From: Dicyema japonicum
Lineage: Eukaryota; Animalia; Dicyemida
DNA length: 64,000 bases
Reading direction: 5' to 3'
Assembly (NCBI GenBank): GCA_011109175.1
Contig: RDEW01000036.1
Span: 408,260 to 472,259, forward strand
Shown here: positions 36,900 through 49,600 of the stretch, in pieces
How positions within the stretch are numbered: the stretch's first letter is position 1
Layout: every line of letters starts with the position of its first letter
The notes under the pieces: model-generated
Seen by the model: the letters and a program-made list of their open reading frames with translations, nothing else
Database searches by the model: none
Told to the model about the DNA's origin: nothing
Position numbers and translations under genes: made by a program

Positions 36900-37345
36900 T
36901 GAGTTATTATTATTATTATTATTACCCACAGGATTACTGGGTCAAAGAGAAAGAAATAAAAGTTCTTATCTAACTAAGTGATCCCAGACCGACAAAGGTG
37001 AGGACGAGTCGGCGGGGTCGAGAATCCTGAACAGCTCTTCTTTTTCTTGAGAGCACATTTAAAATTCTCATTTTTTCAGAGGCAAAGATAGTCTCCGGTA
37101 CGAGAGCCAAAAACACTTAGAGACCAAACTGGTGTCCTTAGTCACGATTTACGAACAATTTATCCGACCAACAATAACGTATGCAAGTCTTTCATGGGCA
37201 ATTCAAATGTCACGATCTTTCTCATTGATATTATCTGCAATCGAGGAGACTGCATAGAGTTAATTGGATCAGAACACAAAATCCAGCCTATTGAAAACTT
37301 TTTAATCTAACTACAACTGAAACTATTAAAGGTGGCTATTCTATT
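36900..37345. mobile_element. Rearranged Ingi-like 3' end: tail and C-terminus on minus, an internal piece inverted on plus
   Basis: (att)n tail at 36905-36923; ...SGIT* on minus; 37120-37345 on plus reads FIRPTITYASLSW...IENFL. Confidence 0.65.
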
Positions 37346-38109
37346 CTAATCGTAAAATAACGTTTCTCTGAAATAGACCGCTCCAAGAGATTCATTATTT
37401 TCCAAGAAATTCATGGTGGTTCAGGTCAAGGAAAGAGTTCCCGAACTTCGCTCCCATCCAGAGATGTATGGTGTACACATCGTAAACGATAAAGGTAAAA
37501 AAGAGATTAGTCATCGATTCAAAAGCATATAATGGACATCACTCTAGTTGTCGCGTCTTCTTTAACATCGACGGATAAATGAAGAGAACGATTTCCCAAT
37601 TGAGAAGTTAATAACCAGATGGAGTTTATATATATTACATTAATTTATTATGTTAGCTCTGTCCTCAATAGCTGTAAGACGCAGCTTTCATCAAACAAGT
37701 AGCGCTGGAGGATATCACAAGTATTTGATAGCCAACGGAGGACTTGGTCAGAATAATGTTGGGAGCCTGATTCGTACATAGGAAGGAGTGCCTCGAACGG
37801 AGTTGTGGAAAAACCTTCCTTCTCTTTGACGGGCTTTCACTCCGAGACATGTACCATCGGGAGAGACATTAGTTTGAAATTTAAAATGTACTTATTACGA
37901 ATCTGTTTTATTTAAAGGATTTTTATAAAAAATTATAGATATTTGTTTATCAAAGTTGAAAGTCCACTCATATAGGCATTTAGAGATTTCGGTCACTTTA
38001 TAAAAAATTGATTGGACGTATTTTTAAATATTGGTTAACAACCGATAAAACAAAGAAAAATTTGGTTAACAACCGATAGAACAAAGCCCTTCATACTTTG
38101 TGTGATTAA

Positions 38110-38740
38110 TAATGGATGGAAGCAATAAGAGTTATTCAAAGTAAATGGTATCCTTTAAGATCATATTTAAGGTACGTTTTAAAATACTGATTACCAAAAT
38201 CCAACATTTCCAGATTATTTAAGTACACGTGTATACAATATCTAGAATCCATCTTCCAATCCTGAATAACTGCAAAAACCGTAGTAATATACGTATCGAC
38301 GATGATTTTTTTTCAGGTTGAGTGTTTCAAAACTCGAAAGGTCTATGTAGTATAGTAAAAAACATTCCATTGCTTACAAAAACTGTTTATTTTTCAACAA
38401 CCAAAAAAATCTGCTTTAAAAATATATTTCAATTTACTCCACTGATGGATAGCTGCTAAAATTATTTAACGATTTCAAAAATTGTTGATTTGACGTTCTG
38501 TGATAAAATTATTATTAGCGGCAAACATAAACTCTCCTATGTTGTGAACTCGTCCTCTGAAAATGTAGACCGAATCAATACTAGTCTGTCGTGTAAAAAA
38601 CTTATTTATCATGAACTCAGAGAATTCAAAATCACGGTATAGCAATTCATTATATGATAAATCTACATTTGAAGAGTTTATAACCTTTGGCGTTATCAAT
38701 TCTATAAAAATCATGGATAATTTGTATTTTGAAACCAAAC
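38110..38740 (-). pseudogene. Leucine-rich-repeat protein remnant (or gene with unresolved micro-introns)
   Basis: LRR-like segments NVDLSYNEL, SFETLNLKKN and LNNLEMLDFGN lie in different frames with stops. Confidence 0.35.
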
Positions 38741-39229
38741 CAGTTAATTCCGATCTCTTTTCTGACCGCCATACTTATTTCAGTTAGTATTTTCAAAATT
38801 GCTGAATTAGTAAAAACTATATTCTATCATATTGTACATTCCGTATGCCCGAATCCAACAATGGTTTCGTGACTTTTATTCTACTCAATCAATATCAAAC
38901 TCACATGATTAATCGTGGATGGATTCAATAACCTCTAGATCGAACGATTGGTGAATCAATTGGTATCAACAATGGCTAGTCAGGTAATTGAGATTCAACC
39001 ACAGTTTCTAGGTCTTCTAAGAAGATCATGACATTTTTATCCTTTTAGGGTATCAGTTTTTTATAAAAAAGTAGTCTACAACGATCTGTTCTACAAAATG
39101 TCCTTAGTTTAACATAAACTATCGTTTATATAAACCCGATTTATTGATCAAAAAAAAGGAACAAAATCCACCAAGAAAATATTAGTCGATAAATGTATAA
39201 GTAAATTGGACATTGAAATGTTCTCTATC

Positions 39230-39990
39230 GGAATAATGCGATTTTTTGGAAACTCTAATTAATATTTAACACTCAAAGATAATAAAAAGTATACGAAAAC
39301 AATAATCCTTCCAAAAATTAAATATGGAGAATATTACAGATGTGGGTATATCTCCGTAAATTTTGAAAATAATAATTCTCTCTTAATAAATTCTTTGATG
39401 GTAATATTTCAATAAATTTTCAAGTTCACACTTTATTGGATAAGGTTTGAATATAATTTAATTCAGCAAATGACTGTATCAAAGCTATATTAAGTGGGCG
39501 TTTTAAAATCACGTTTTATAAAAATCACATTCGTAAGAACGTAAAATGTACATTTCAATGGTAGATGAATTCCGAGAAATCTATAGAAACAAAGATTTAT
39601 TTTGAAAACAGTGGGATTAAGTTATCTCTTAAGTGGATGCGTTTTGAAATAATTTTTATATTTAATCTGTCTAAAGACAAATATTACATCTCCGAAATTA
39701 GGCTAATCATCGATCATTCGTATATTGGATCTTGGCGTCCTGTCATGATCAAATTGGTTGATGTTGAAAATTACTGTAACATTCATATGCTTAACGCAAA
39801 ATTTACCGATAATATATATATTGAATTTTCATTTTTTAAGGCACAAATTCTTCGGGATGATATGAAATTCCGGTATATTGGAAACGGTTTTAATTTTTGT
39901 ATATTTTAGAGTCGGACTGTTTTCTTAATGAAACAACTCAAATAATAAAACCAGTATAACACTAATGTAGCATGGTTTATCAATTTGGTA
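39230..39990 (+). pseudogene. Partly decayed paralogue of the LAMP-like gene at 23112-23902
   Basis: The 5' part at.tttaacactcaaag and atgtgg.ta is shared. ORF 39565-39909 has YC...IEFSFFKAQIL...GNG, then a 23-nt GT-AG intron (39887-39909) at the same position as intron 4 of the other gene, followed by ESDC. Stops occur in the 5' and 3' parts. Confidence 0.45.
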
Positions 39991-40479
39991 ATAATGGGTT
40001 AATTTAAATGATTCAAAATTATAAATTTATGCTGTTGATTTTAAGTTAGTTTTTATCTTAAACGTTATTTCTTAAACTTTCTCTTATTGATCAAAATGAT
40101 GCTCTGGTACATCACACTCCGATGGACCATATAAACTAAAATCTACCATTTTCCTACTGGAGGACCATCTATCAATGAGGAACCTATAATTTTTTAAATG
40201 AGTTGTTACCAAATATAAATATAAACTTTGTCATTAAAACCGGACTCGAATCGGGAGCAGGCGAAGATCCACCAGACACCTCACTTAAAATCCAAGACAA
40301 AAATTTTACATTATCGCATAACGACAAAGACTAACCAAACCGACAAGTAGACCCATCTGCTAGATAACCCTCCCCGTGGTCATGTATTAGAGTGCATGCT
40401 CGACAGAGAGACAAGACGTTCAATTACGATGTCATCATCAGACGTTACGTTCAGACAAAAGGCCGAAGTAAAGAATATT

Positions 40480-40775
40480 ATTATTATTATTCCCCCAGGA
40501 TCACTGGGTCAAAGAGAAAGAAATAAAAGTTCTCATCTAACTAAGTGATCGCAGACCGACAAAGGTGAGGACGAGTCCGGCGGGGTCGAGAATCCTGAAC
40601 AGCTCTTCTCATTGGACATGGCTTCGGCTCAAAATTTCTGTATGATTGTAGATAATTCGATAGTATTTGGAATAGAGGGCAGCTTGGTAGAACAGCCTCC
40701 TTTAATAGTTTCCGTTGTAGTTCAATTAAAAAATTTTCAATAGGTTGGATATTGTGATCTGGTCCAATTAACCTT
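40480..40775 (-). mobile_element. 5'-truncated Ingi-like LINE 3' end
   Basis: IQPIENFLIELQRKLLKEAVLPSCPLFQ...CRSAIT*; (aat)n tail; candidate TSD aaagaatatt at 40470-40479 / 40806-40815. Confidence 0.78.
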
Positions 40776-40884
40776 AATTTATTCAATTTATAAAACAAGA
40801 CATTAAAAGAATATTAATTTATTCAATTTATAAAACAAGACATTAAAAGAATATTAATTTATTCAATTTATAAAACAAGACATT
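40776..40884 (+). repeat. Perfect tandem repeat, 40-nt unit, 2.7 copies, at the LINE 5' junction
   Basis: aatttattcaatttataaaacaagacattaaaagaatatt starts at 40776, 40816 and 40856. Confidence 0.92.
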
Positions 40885-42887
40885 GATCAAACAATTAAAT
40901 TATAATTTACATAAAATTGCTAATTTTCGAATTATTTAAATAATAATTTAATATATTTTTCGCGTGTTAGTGATGGCAGAAAGAGAATGGAATATTTAAT
41001 TTCCACAGAAGGACAGTTCCAATAAAGAATAAAAAGGTAACAGACCCATTTATGGACAGTCAGGGGTGTTAACCAAGAAAAAGTCAAAATAAAAAAGATA
41101 TATCAGTGGAATAACTCAAGAGGATTCTTGAAGACAAATAGAGGAATCAAGACCTCCCAGACTGATTCTAATCTTCCCCAGATTACCAACCATAAAGAAA
41201 TAAAATTTTCAGTAGATCCTCCATCGTTCAGAACCTTCTCCCTCGTTTGTGGTTTTCAAAATTTTAGAGATAATCGTCTTAAACGAAATTCAATTAACAC
41301 CGCCGTCGGCAATAATCACCATGGTATCCCCTCACTTCACTTGACAATTACCTGTCAACTCTTGTTTAGTTCGTTTTTTTAGTAACTTAGAATTTGTAGA
41401 CTCTATGGATGTTCCTGTAGATGTCAAGGACTGGCGTCGTTTTCTCCAAAAAATACAGGTTAGGGATCTGTTATTTATTGGAGACATGGCAGATGGATTG
41501 TTTATGAGGAATGGCATTGTCTCGGTTGTCAAAGACTTTGATTTACGTACTTTGGAAGAAGTGCCTTAGTTTTGAGGATATTCAATGTTTCATGTCTGAA
41601 CTTAATGGAAATTTCGTTGATGGTTGAAAATGACGTGTTATTGTATAATCCGTTCTATCAGATATGATAAATAACGTTTATGAAATGTTTTTAACTAAAA
41701 TAGTTGACTTGCAAATTTTTAATATTTAAGAAAGATTTCGTGTCTACCAACACGCCTCTACGACTGGTTTACAAGACTATTTGAATAGAATTGGACAATT
41801 AACATTGTCGATTTGCTCTTCTGCTTTCAGAGGGCCAGAAATTGGTTCTTCTTGTTTCGTCCCGATTCGACTTCGATTTTGGCGTCATCCCAGTTATATT
41901 TAACTGAGCGTCCACTTTTAGTAGTTACTTTCACGCTAGCTATTAGTTACCTCCACTTGATGGTATCCGTGAGTAAATGAATAATTGGTGAGATTTTCTC
42001 ACGAGCACTCTGTGTGCATTACATACAGAGTTTGGGTACATCTTTAAAACTTGATCACTCCAGATAAAGAAGTCAGTCTTAAAACTGATATGATTGCGAA
42101 ATATACCGATTCTCATGAGAGAGTTGATGATACAATTGTAGATGTTCCTAATGAGGGATCTCGAAAATAGTTTATTTGTGTTGCCTGTTGTCAATAATCG
42201 CTGTATATTCAAAATATGTGATTAAAGTCATCTAATAAAATAAAAGTTGTATTAGATGCAGAAATTCGGAGATTATCGTAGATTAGTGTACATAGCCATT
42301 TCTTCAGAATGTCAAAAGATTCTACCAGAAAATCAGTTTTTCCACTAATTATTATAAATAAGCAATTCTTTGAAGCGTAGCAATGTTTGAAAAATAATCA
42401 TCCAATCGAGACACAGGATTTATTTTAAAGAAAATAACAGCTATAATACATAATTATGGAAGCGAATAAAGCAGAGCTTCAGTTCGTTTTGAATTCGCAC
42501 CCAAAAATTTAGAAAACCAACCTCGCACAACCGATTTTAAATCTAATAGAATTCGAATTTTATTAAAAATAATTAGTTAGGTTCTTGAGACTTTTCCTGC
42601 CTTTTAGTTTTAATTCTTCTAAACGTGGTTTTTTGTTTGCTAGTGATATTCTGATATCTTTTTTAAGGTTAAAAGCGTTTCGGTACTTATTTTTTATATA
42701 TAGTAGAGATGAAATCCAGATTCAAATAGCCAAGTTGTTGCAAATTGAACCAGAACTTACTGTGTTTTTGTAAGGGTCGGAAACCCAACTTGAAATCTCC
42801 TAAGAATTTTTGTCAATGCAGGTAAATCCAAGCATCGGAAGCGTTTCTTGGATATCGTGACCATTAGCCTTCAAACATTCAAGTTAT

Positions 42888-43201
42888 ATATATAAAGTTT
42901 TTTCACGAGAGCCATAGTATTTATAGCTCCGCATAGGCAGGACACACACTTTATTTAAGTAAAGAACAGTTAATTTTAACTAATAGTAGAACCATGGAAT
43001 GATCTTCACTTCTTTTATTCTTTTTCTCGTGTGAGTGTCCTTTCTAGACAATCCAGTTCCGCAGTGAGTATTCACTGATGACGGCGTCACTCGTCAAACT
43101 CTTTCTGCATCGTAGATGCGTGGAACCTTCCACCAGGTGAACAGCAGCTAGATTCGAACCCGTAGCATAAGCCACTTAAGCCCAACACCTAACCACATGC
43201 C
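42888..43201 (-). mobile_element. Full-length tRNA-derived SINE with RTE-like 3' tail
   Basis: 14-bp TSD AACATTCAAGTTAT at 42874-42887 and 43202-43215; B box GGTTCGAATC on minus; tail atgcggagctataa...ggctctcgtgaa. Confidence 0.9.
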
Positions 43202-44936
43202 AACATTCAAGTTATTATCCTGAAAGTTATTAAATGTGTAAAAGTTTTAAAGTAAAATGTCCGTCCAGCTTTGATGTTTTCAAATTTGAAATATAAAAAA
43301 TTTGCATCATAAAACACGCTCTGTCGTGTATCGACTTTGTCAATACTATTTTCGTAAAACTGTATTCAACATAGGATTCTTTCATTTTCGAATTTTAAGA
43401 CACGTTGACATAGATAACAACGAGTTTTTTTATTTTTAACATTGAATAATAAATTATTAAAAAATATAAATGTATTGAAATTTTTTTTATATAATTTATT
43501 TAAGAACATTTGCTTATATGTACAAGTAATCATGATTTTTAAAATTATTTCTCTCATCTAAAAATTTCTTGCATCCATAAAGAGTGCGATAACCCCTAAT
43601 TGGGAAGCGCTGGGGTAAAGGCATCAAGATTTTTTTTATCACGTGCAAGTCCCAGTAGAAAATTCAGTGCCGCAATGAACAATCACTGCAAATAGAATCA
43701 TTTGTAAGGCAGAGGCATCGTAGCTGCATGAAACTTTCAACAGGAATAAACAAAAGTGACATTGACTCAAAGTAATCTGGAACAGTAGCTAAGTGCTCTT
43801 TCTGTTGCAAATATCATGCCACGTTATATTAATTCTTATAAAACACATATTACATTTTAGTATTCAAATTTGAACGTAGTTATCAAAGAAGCTATCTAAG
43901 AAACAGGATTCACTTGCCTATTTGAATCCGTCGGACTGTGCAGTCACGATTGTATAGTCAAATAGTGTCACCTTGCACTTTGTCGAAACAATCGACAAAC
44001 TAAAAAAAACAAATATCTCCTGCTTCATTACCTCTACTTGGTGCTATTTTTTGAAATCAACACAGTATTTTACATTCGACTCGTTAAAGATTTATGAAGA
44101 TATATGTTACTTCAATAGAGAGGACTTCGTAATTTTTTGTCCATAATGAAACAATCTTCAGACATCATTCCGAACAGGCGTAAAAGAGGATCGTCCCCGA
44201 AGTTGTAGAAACACCCTATTGATTGGAGGAAAAAATTATAATTTCCATGTCATCTTGCCAGTGAGGAGAGATGTGTTTTTTCATATTTTTCTTAAAAAAT
44301 TAGAAAACCAATTTGGGGAAGAGGTTAATCATGGGAAAAAATTGAGGATAGTTATGAAAAAGTGCATCGAGTTCATCTGCAGATAATTTTTGGAGACAAT
44401 TCGTGGAGGGGGCCCGGTCACTACCGGATCGCCTGAAACGAGTCCAGTAGTTAATAATTTCCTAATGATCCACAACATTACTTTGATAGCAAAAATATCA
44501 TTTTAACTCCGAAAGTCTTGTGGTGTTTAATTTAGCTTTATCTCCCCAGTAAAAAGTCTATCGAATTATCAGTATGACTTTGATGTAAGTCTGACACAAA
44601 AAGTTATTTATTAACTCCAGTAAATAATAAAGAAACTGTGTGGAATATAATTTAACTAGGGCTGACCACTTGAATAATAACTGATTAAATATAAATTGTC
44701 AATTTAATATTAAATGTCATCGTCCGTTGAAGGAATTTTACCTATTTTCCAATATTTTCGAGTTTTTGGTTGAGTTGGACAAAATATTTATTAATAATTT
44801 AATGAAATGTATTACATCTTTAAAACATTAGAAAAAACAATTTACAGAGATTCCAGATAACCAACATAGTGTGCGTATCACTATCGATTAGTATATCTAT
44901 TGTTTTTATGGTTTGTCAAACTATTATTACAAACAA

Positions 44937-45249
44937 TAATAATAATAACAGCCTTTTTCACGGAACCGTGGGTTTAGCTCCGCATAGGCAAAACACACAC
45001 TTTATAAAGAACATTTAATTTCCACTAATAGAACCAAGGAAAGATCTTCACTTCTATTTTCTTTTTCTTGAGTGTGAATCCTTTCTAGACAATCCAGCTC
45101 CGCAGTGAGAGTACATTGATGACGGCGTCACTCGTCAAGCCTTTTTAGTATAGTAGATGCGTGGAACCTTCTACCAGGTGAACAGCAGCGAGATTCGAAC
45201 CCGTAACCTAAGCCACTTCAGCCCGACTCCTAACCACTATGCCACCGGC
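44937..45249 (-). mobile_element. Full-length tRNA-derived SINE
   Basis: 12-bp TSD TATTACAAACAA at 44925-44936 and 45250-45261; A box TGGCATAGTGGTTAGG and B box GGTTCGAATC on minus; (TTA)n tail. Confidence 0.9.
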
Positions 45250-45739
45250 TATTACAAACAAATAAATTTTTTTAAATTTGTAATAATAGAGATATTTATG
45301 CCTTTTAGTTCTGTCCCATCTTCAGATCGGATTTTGTATTTTTCTTGTATGACTTCGATGACCAAATATTTCTTTGCCAAAATTTGGTCAAATAGTGCAT
45401 CTTCATCTTGCCTCAGGAGTATATAGTCTCCAGGTAAATAATTTCTTCATCGAACTTCTGCGTTCTTGCATTTTAAGCCTGCGCATTACAGCATGAGATA
45501 GGATTCTTTACGTGCTTCTTCTAGTTCTTAGTCAAAATTATATCCGAGCAGAAATTGTAGATGTTCATCAGGCAGACCGTACGATTGATTAACACCCATG
45601 AAAAGATAAAATGGTACTGCTTTCCATACGTTCAGATCCACGTTTAGTTTTCTTTACACCAATCCTTTGTCTGTTGTTCCATATTTGTGTTCATCATCAC
45701 AGTCTGAAGTAGGGGGCACCCATTGAGTACACATTGCCA

Positions 45740-45990
45740 GAATGAAAAAATTCAAGTGATCCCGGCCTTCTTCAGCAGTCTTCACATGCTCAGACTTGAA
45801 GGAAATGCCGTTCAGGGGGAGCTCCTTAGGATGGTGTTGAATAGTGATCCTTTTTGGAATATATCTGACGCCATCAAAGATGGTAAATTATATGATGTAC
45901 TTTAACATTTCAAGCTCATTGGAGCCGAAAGGGAAGTGGGGAAGAGAAGAAACAACAAAAACTTCAATTCAAGTAGTCACGTAGCATCAC
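45740..45990 (-). mobile_element. Ingi-like 3' end remnant (second subfamily; related copy 51925-52195)
   Basis: ...LKKAGIT* on minus; both copies share the flanking ttcaagtagtcac.tagcatcacact.acgttg. Confidence 0.55.
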
Positions 45991-48340
45991 ATTGACGTTG
46001 TCGCACATGTAAGTTTTGTTGAATAAATTTTTTTAATATGATATTTTTATATAATTTACTTATTGGTGTAGCGAGCACCACCGAATATTTAAAAAGAACG
46101 AAGTACCACGGCATCCTGGGCCGGTTCGTTTTCCAGCCGATCTTCATTGAGGCGTCTAGCGTCAGATTTTATCAGATTAATCGGACGGCTTGTAGGGAAG
46201 ATTCTCTGTATTATTAGAGAGTTGTCAGAACAATAATACATGTAAAAACAGAGATTAACGGGAATAAAGTGGTTCATAATAGATTTAAATAGTTTGTGAC
46301 AACTATTAATAAATTTGCAAGATATCGTTTAAATATTGGATTTCGAAGTTGTAAATTTTTCTTGTCAAAAATTTTCTTTTGATCGGTGACCGCTTATATA
46401 AAATTGACAATGTTCGATGGTATGTGGCCGTGAATTAACTTTTCTTTAAACCACATTGGAAAAGAATGTTCTTGAATTTGTGAGGGATTATTAAGAAGGC
46501 ATTTCACAAAGGAAATAAATTTTTTTTATTTGAATATCGTGGTGTAGCAGATAAGAATAATGATTATTTCTATGTGAAATGATGGTCGATATCTCCTGAT
46601 AGACATGTAGCCTGGGAATGTAGAAAGCATACATCCATGTCGTGTTTTTGTAAAAGATTTTTGAATTAAATTATTTTCCATTGATATTAAGTCGTCTGCT
46701 AGACACAACTGGGGAGCTTAGTTTGATTTCACCTGAGATTATCAATAATTTATCATGTTAGATTAGTGAGGGGAACAAGAGTGCCTTTCGATAATAAAAC
46801 ACTTCTTTAATAAGGATGAGCTCTGGAATGGATCAGTTGCATACTAAGTGCCTTCAAAACGTTTTGCACTGACAAAGCACATGATGAGATGTTTACCCAG
46901 GTTCACTTAGTTAAAAAGAAAACATAGTTTTTTGCCAACTAAGCAATCTCAAACCGACAAACTGGCAGTCGAGGTTAAACCGTTCTCTTTAAAAAACTTG
47001 GAGTATTCTCTAGGATGGTTTTGAGATATTTGATAAGGGTTTCTTAGAGTCGACTAATTGGAAGGTTAGTTGTTTTCGCAAATCTAATGTAAGTGTTTCA
47101 AGAGTCATACACTTGGAACTATAACCAGTGACTCCGTTGGTAGCTTCATGGATTTTGGAGAGTTAGAGAATTATCTTGATCAACACTTGACTGGAGTACA
47201 AAAAGGACAGATATGCATGGTCCTTTGGTGAAGGGGTTCGAGTCCACCAAAGCTAACGGGTAAGGATGCTTGATCCCACCCCTGGTCGTAAAATTTAGCA
47301 TTTTTAAGACATTCGAAAGTTGTCCGGAAGATGGAATCGATAGTGCTGATCAGTTGCATTTTCAGGTAATGAGGTGCCCCGAAGAAAGTAGTTTAAATTT
47401 TTTGCTGACAAGACGTTTCTCAGCAGGAAAGAGATGTATGTGCGTCCAGCATCTCCAGACATTGAATGTTGTTTTTAGTTGTTCTTTTGTTCTGAGACGT
47501 TCAAAATGGGACGAAATAAATAAATCAATAATACTAGAATTCCATCATTGATATTTTTAATATAAATAAATTAATAATAAAATTTTTAAACTTGTTCAAC
47601 CTTGTTTAAATGTTAAATTTTTAAATTTATTTTAGAAAAGTTAGTTGAAAGTTCAATTGAAGTCTTTCTGGACTTCTTGTCTATGTAGTGTACGTGGCTA
47701 ATTGATTGGTTTTCTGTTTGTTTTGTAAGTTCCTTCATTTCTCTTCCTACTAGAGTTGCGACATGTGATTCACCTGTATCAGGTGACGCCTAGTGCCAGG
47801 CTGACACGTAAAAGGATCATTTTCTCTCCCCATCCACTGAGGGTTTCACAGTTGAAATAATGGACGTTTTTCATGCTGCTTCTGGATGGACTTGTGTGAG
47901 TCGAACGGTGTATCCGGGGTTAATAAATAAATCTTAGAAAGTAAGATCCCAAGGTGAGGTTTATGTAATGGAAAGATTACCTACTCCTTATCGGAAGTGG
48001 GTGTTTTTCTTGAAGATTTAAAGGGGTATGACCGTAAGTTAAATCCAAAAATTATAATATGTAGGGAAAAAGGCAGGCCTGTAAAAAGATGTATTTGAGA
48101 GAAATATGCATCTCCAAATCAAGTCTATACTGATTGAAATGAAAAAAGAAGAAATTCTATATAAAGGTTGCTCTACGTCAATTAGGTGACGGAACCTATT
48201 AGATACGATAGTTTATGAAGTCTTTCGTTCTAAGGTTTCGATTAATGAATTTACATTCTAACATTGAGTTTATTGTGGCTCACCGATTTATGAAAATTTG
48301 ATGTAGAAATTCAAAACCTTCAAGATATAGCACTTAAAAA

Positions 48341-48600
48341 TATGGCCAAGAAAACATCTTAAATTGTGATGAAATTGCAATTTTAATAAATCCTTGTCGA
48401 AATAAAGTTTGTTAAAAAGTGAATAATCCATCGGTTTCTCACTTCTTTTTTGTGGCAAGTCACTGGAGAAAATATAAACTGCTTACAATGGGGCGGTCAA
48501 GTCGCCAAAAGTATCGAGAGGAGTGAATCTAAAAGCCATTGAATATGATCCTTCAGCCGAAGCTTGGATAACAAAAAGTATTTTTGAAAATTCGTTATTT
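48341..48600 (+). mobile_element. pogo/Tigger (DDE_1) transposase fragment
   Basis: YGQENILNCDE, KYKLLTMGRS, GVNLKAIEYDPSAEAWITKSIFE, across frameshifts. Confidence 0.6.
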
Positions 48601-49261
48601 AACCAAGAAATTGTGAAAAGAAAAAAATAGCTGATAAAAAAGTTCAAATAGTAGAAGCTATAAAAGCGGTCACAAAATTCGACGAAATAAACAAATCAGT
48701 GATACTAGAATTCAATCTTACTGTTGGAAAGTCAAAATGGCAATAAAGTTCATTGCCAACATTAACCACCACAGACTTCCAAATGCTTGTTATTAGTGAT
48801 ATTCTATCCCCCAGGTTATAAACTATCAGCAAAACCAACATTCCGGTTGCTGAGATGACTCCGACTCTGTCTTTTATTATCATTGCTTTTGACACGTTTA
48901 GCTTTGGTTTTGAAACTTGTTGACAGTCTGTCACGTGAATGAGGCTAGTCAATGTGATTTAATGTATTATGGGAATAATAAATTTCAAATCTCTAGAAGG
49001 AAAGAACTGAGAAAGATTGTAACAGTCGTCTGAACCCCTTCATGAGTAGAAATTAATAAAATTGAATCAATCTCAAGTCGTTTTCTTTTCGATTAACTGA
49101 AGGAGTAATCGTTTTACCATTGCGTTAGTACAATACCTAATTTCCAAGCAATCGATGAGCTAGCACCTGCATCACATATGCATTCATCCTGGGAACCTTT
49201 TCCGACCTTCGGCCTTTTTAGTAAAGGATCTTTGTTGACTAAATTGGGTGAATTTTACATC

Positions 49262-49600
49262 GCAGCCGCGGTGGCTTAGTGTTAGGTGTCGGGCTTAAGT
49301 GCTTAGGCTACGGGTTCGAATCTCGCTGCTGTTCACCTGGTGGAAGGTTCCACGCATCTACGATTGCAGAAATGGTTTGACGAGTGACGCCGTCATCAGT
49401 GAATACTCACTGCGAACTGGATTTGTCTAGAAAGGACACTCACACAAGAAAAGAAAAAAAAGTGAAAGAATCATTTCCTTTGGTTCTACGATTAGTTAAA
49501 ATTAACTGTTCTTTTACTTAAATAAAGTGTGTTGTCCTGCCTATGCGGAGCTATAAAATACTATGGCTCTCGTGAAAAGGCTTTATTATTATTATTATTA
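49262..49600 (+). mobile_element. Full-length tRNA-derived SINE (plus strand)
   Basis: A box TGGCTTAGTGTTAGG 49272-49286; B box GGTTCGAATC 49313-49322; RTE-like tail ending (TTA)n. No TSD seen. Confidence 0.88.

Noticed and set aside
36900-37345. Third twin-priming event
   Set aside because: The order of pieces needs an extra internal deletion and transposition, and no TSD is visible; recorded only as rearranged.
40970-42300. Coding-like GC content with candidate 23-25-nt introns
   Set aside because: No recognisable protein and no single frame could be assembled by eye; RNA-seq is needed.
43055-43100. Hammerhead-like CTGATGA next to hairpins in the SINE antisense strand
   Set aside because: Stem II is followed by TCAAAC rather than GAAA, and there is no NUH cleavage triplet before stem I, so the core is not satisfied.
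47195-47262. Two hairpins with a GGTTCGAGTCC B-box-like sequence (a similar lone B box lies at ~49965-49976, minus)
   Set aside because: No A box, no cloverleaf and no second copy in the window; cannot be supported as an ncRNA.
49262-49330. tRNA gene
   Set aside because: The anticodon arm differs between copies and pairs poorly, and the head is fused to a SINE body and tail; called SINE instead.
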